Positions 59,790 through 64,000 of a stretch of 64,000 nucleotides of DNA are shown here, in pieces (position 1 is the stretch's first letter; each line of letters begins with the position of its first letter). Source of the stretch: Hamiltosporidium tvaerminnensis FI-OER-3-3 (Eukaryota > Fungi > Microsporidia); the NCBI GenBank assembly GCA_022605425.2, contig JAKIMF020000005.1, positions 1,302,001 to 1,366,000 on the forward strand, written 5' to 3'. A program made the translations under genes and the position numbers. The notes beneath the pieces are model-generated. The model saw only the letters and a program-made list of their open reading frames with translations, had not been told where the DNA came from and searched no databases.

Positions 59790-62679
59790 AGTGTGAAAAA
59801 ATTAAACCTTGTATACGAATACTGGTTAGAAATTGATAAAAATAAAGATATTACAAATGTATGAATTGTTCTATTTTAAATTAATTTGCAGGAAAGCCAC
59901 GGATTGAAATTTTTTTTCTTGTTTTGTAAATTATTTAATTTCAATATTTTTTTAAAAACTACATAGATTAAACTATGTGAAAAAAATAAATAAAATTATT
60001 GATTTTAATTGATATAAATACTTAATAAAGTCAATTCGTCTTTTTTGACTTATTTTTATGTATACTTTACCAAATTATCTTCTTCCATATACAGATGCTA
60101 TTTTTAAATTATATATTTGATCTTTGTTTACATTCGTTCTGAAATTAATATTTCAGCAATCGAATATTTGTTTGAAAATAGCCTTTTTTTTTACAGAAAA
60201 AGTTATTCCAAGGAACTAAAAATTACATGCATCTCTCGGTTTCCTCTATGCTCTCACTGAAGCTTCTCAGGTCTCATTAGAATAAAATATTGACTACTGG
60301 GTTTTTTTTCGAGTGAACTAAAAAAATCGTATTCTTTATTCAAACTACTATAAAACGAACTTTGGCTTAATTCTTAGTACTATTTGAACCTTAAAAATAT
60401 ACATTTTTGTATTTGTAAAGTATGCTTTTCGAGTTATTCTACCAGAGATATTACTATAGTACCTAAACGTGTAATTAAAATTGGCTTCATTGTTTTTTCT
60501 AATAATAGATAAAATTTATTAAATGCTAATTTTCGTATAAATTAGAACGTTTAATATTAAATGGCTTTTTGTGATTTGCAGCTTCCTGTGTATTATTCAT
60601 TCTTTCATTCATAAAAAAATATCTGAAATTATTCTATTTATAAGGTAAAAAATTTTATATCCCAAAATAATTCTTAATATTGATGCCTTTTTAAGACGAT
60701 TCTTTTTCTTCAATGATCATTTTCATTTAGAACTACTTCCGAATATTTATTATAATGGACAAATACAGCACAAAGAAAGATATTTTTTACACAAATTTAA
60801 TATGCACAATTTAGAGTAAATCAGCATAATTTCTGTAACGTTTCAATCGATTTGGCGATTTTCGACGCAATTATTTTGACTTTAATAATTATTTTTAAAG
60901 TTCTTGTATCTCAAGACTTCAAAAAAGACACAAAGGAAGCCGTAATGCATAAAGAAGTTAAAATTCACAATATATTCTTATTATTTGAGTATTCAAAGTA
61001 CATTCATCAATGAGTTTCTTAAATTTATTATAAACGGTGTACAATCATTTTTTGTCGTAAACAGTCTTAAAGAAAAGACTTTACAATTCGTAAAAAATCA
61101 TACTAGTTATAGATAAATAACGTTTTTATTTGAGCTTTGTTTACACCACACTCGAGTTTCACAGGATAACAAAGGAACCCATATGAATCGCATTTATAGA
61201 AGTTAAAAACAAGATAATACTTAGAATAGACAAGCCTAGTCACACTAAATTATAAGCAATAAATTTTCTACATGCAATTTACTGATCCGAGACATCATAG
61301 TTTACTAACTTGGAAGTTCTTCACCCTGAACCGACTAATTTTATTGAGTTTCATAAAGCGGTTGCTAGTGTGGTTAAAATAATGAGGTATATTTCAGCAC
61401 GGAATGCAAGTAGGGTTTTTACTTGATTAGAGATACTCGCATAAGGCTTTTAATGGTTTTGAGTCAGGAAACGAACATATGCCTTTGCCCATTTATGATT
61501 GTTCTAAAATAAAATAATAAATATCAAGCTGCAAATCAGAATTTTTGAAAATTAAAAAATACAGAATTACACCAATTAATTTAAATTCTATTATGGTTAT
61601 CGTATAAAAATAAATCATCAGAGAAATTTGAAGGAAATAACTCTAAGAAAATTCATATGATGCAACAAAAAATATATATTTCTATACCGAGTTTTACGGC
61701 ACAAAGATTGTGATTTTAACTGCTTAAACCTTCTTTTTTGTTTAAGAAACATAAGTTAAATCCACGATGAGTAAAGTTTCAATATTGTAGCATTCCTAGA
61801 AAACTGCTTTGCATTGTCAAACTAGGTGAAACTAAAGATCAGCATTGATTATTATGGCTTCGTAATACAATGCACCAGTGTATAAATACACCTAGACAAT
61901 AAATATAATCTATATTCTTTATTACCAAATTATCATTCATCTAATAAATTCTTTAAAAATGCACGCGCCGTTAAAAAGTAAGTAGAACACATAAGTAATT
62001 TTATATTCGAAAAGGTAAATCATATATTTCTATTTTACAACATATTAAATAATAGTGCACTAAATTTGGTTTTAATCTCTTCACCGAATTCGCTTCAACT
62101 TTTTGTTATAACCCATGGTTTTCGTAGGCTATAACTAAAGGGTTAACGTTATTTATAAGTTTAGTATCAAGGAAATCTCATATACGCAATAGTCTGTAAA
62201 GTATTTCCACTGTAACTACCATGAAAATATCACAATGAACTACAAATATTCTCGACTATCAAGTTTAATAATATCTAAGGTTCATAAAAACGCCGAACGA
62301 ACTTCTTCCAATTGATAAAATAAACTTGAGTCAGAACCAAATGCAATTATAAATGGAAAGCCCACTACCGTTACCATTCAGGAAGCGGCATGGCGCCATA
62401 ACTTATTCTAATTCTTACACTATATATTGGGAACAAAGAATGTAATGAGCAGATGGTTATATTAAAATACCACTGATTTTGAATGATATAGCTGCTGACA
62501 AAAATCTGATAAAAAAGAAAAAAAAACAAATAGGATATATAGGCAAGAATAACTCACAAAATATACGATTAATACTGCTCTGCTGGTCGCTAAGCCCAGA
62601 TAAACGTGTAGGATTGTGCATAAGGAAAATACTCCTATCGCATAAAACAATATTTTTACAAAACCGAAACAAAATAATA

Positions 62680-62752
62680 TAGATTAGAAAACTCGTTAAG
62701 GAAGACCGGGCTCTTTAAGAGCCGTAGTGCCAATTAGTAGTAGTAGTAGTAA
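62680..62752 (+). mobile_element. Tiny RTE-clade 3' tail
   Basis: GACCGGGCTCTTTAAGAGCCGTAGTGCC resembles the RTE end at 30800-30826, followed by (TAG)n. Confidence 0.7.
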
Positions 62753-63055
62753 AGAGAAGAAGTGTTAAAGAAGCAGATAATCTTTAGAAAAAAATAATAG
62801 CTCTCAAAACAGAATTCAAAGGCAATCAATTGAATTATATCATATTTCAACCAAGATATTTAACTACGGCAAAGGGTAAACAAATCAGAATCGAAATTAA
62901 TAAAAACTGTATTAGTTTGCATAAAATTTTTGGTTGGTTTAAATCATTCTATGTCAAAGTTCGATCTATAATTTAAATTAAATTTGATGTTTCATTACAA
63001 ACACCATCATTTTGGGTTTTTTTGTTTGGAATAAGAATTTTTTTAATTTAAAATT

Positions 63056-63797
63056 TCTATTTAAAATCCGCAACAAATATTACTTATCTCTTTTCACAAT
63101 GCATTTCATATTGTTTTGCTCAATCTCATCCGAGGATTTTTTAAAATGAAAATTCTCGTCGATTTTAAACTAATAGTCTTTTCTATAAGCTGACTAAAAA
63201 AATATTTTATGTAATTTTATTGTAGTTTTTTAAAGTCTAATATTAAATTTAAGCCATAATATTATCGAAAATATATCCCATAATAGCAGAATAAAGGATA
63301 ATTATATCCAATATAACTAACCATGGTCCAATATTCAATTTTTGCTTGTTTATTTGTTCAAATACTCGAAAAAAGTCTAAGAAGCAGTTCCGACATCACT
63401 AAGCTGTATCATACATCTATATCAAAATAAAAATTAGATCAAACATCCTACAGTAAAAAATCTAATTTTAGTATGGATCCTAGCTTTTCCTGAAAAAATT
63501 ATTCCAAAAAATTCATTTAAAAATTTGATTTAACCTTATTGATTCATTCATCCTCGAAACCAAAGGCCCGCACGATGCTTGGTCTCCCTCGGTAATATCG
63601 CCTTTCGGTATTTTTCCGTTGGGTTCGTTTACTTTTTTGTGTTTTGTAACAAGGTGGTTTTAAAGAGTGCGTGTTAGCTCCAGACCCAAACAACACTCTG
63701 GACGACCACTCCTTTTTAGCCGTCTCTTACACAAGCGGAGAATTCCCAAAACCAAATTTTCTTCCGACATGGTGGAGAAATTTATCCCCGATAGTTC
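63056..63797 (-). other. GC-rich structured island, possible second SINE-like family
   Basis: GC-rich 5' half with long hairpins; only broken reading frames; putative 3' end GGATTTTAAATAGAAA; single copy in this window, so boundaries are uncertain. Confidence 0.35.
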
Positions 63798-64000
63798 AAT
63801 TTATTTTTTAAGATTATTGTTGAAAAAACGTCATATATGAAGGAACTGAAAAAACCCTAGAAAAAATAAGATAAGGCAATAAAATAAACCAAAAAAAATT
63901 AATATTTTATAATTCATTTCTCAAATGAATTTACTTCGTTTGTCTTATATTCAAGATAAAAATTTTTAAAAGAGCAGAAGGTGGGTTTCAACAGAGCAAA

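Overview
Very AT-rich, gene-sparse, repeat-rich eukaryotic DNA, almost certainly from a large-genome microsporidian (Hamiltosporidium-like). Support: a CCC motif just upstream of most ATGs, a 29-nt GTAAGT intron directly after the ATG of RPL18, and compact divergent housekeeping genes. Host genes are CCT-alpha, an otubain DUB, a CHY zinc-finger protein, a bHLH factor, an LRR protein with internal 87-bp repeats, RPL18, RRP9-like WD40, ER Hsp70 (BiP-like), a large LRR-like protein, three disrupted putative secreted proteins and an M1 aminopeptidase pseudogene. Mobile DNA dominates. It includes one intact, extremely compact R4/Dong-clade RLE non-LTR retrotransposon with a 14-bp TSD plus about five fragments, four RTE-clade remnants, a decayed Ginger-type integrase transposon (TIRs, 4-bp TSD) and a piggyBac-type TTAA MITE. 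The most interesting signal is a 733-nt GC-rich, hairpin-rich non-coding element present twice with 13-14-bp TSDs and 3' motifs shared with the R4 element, i.e. a candidate R4-dependent SINE. Two further single-copy structured GC-rich islands end in a similar tail. All alignments and folds were done by eye.
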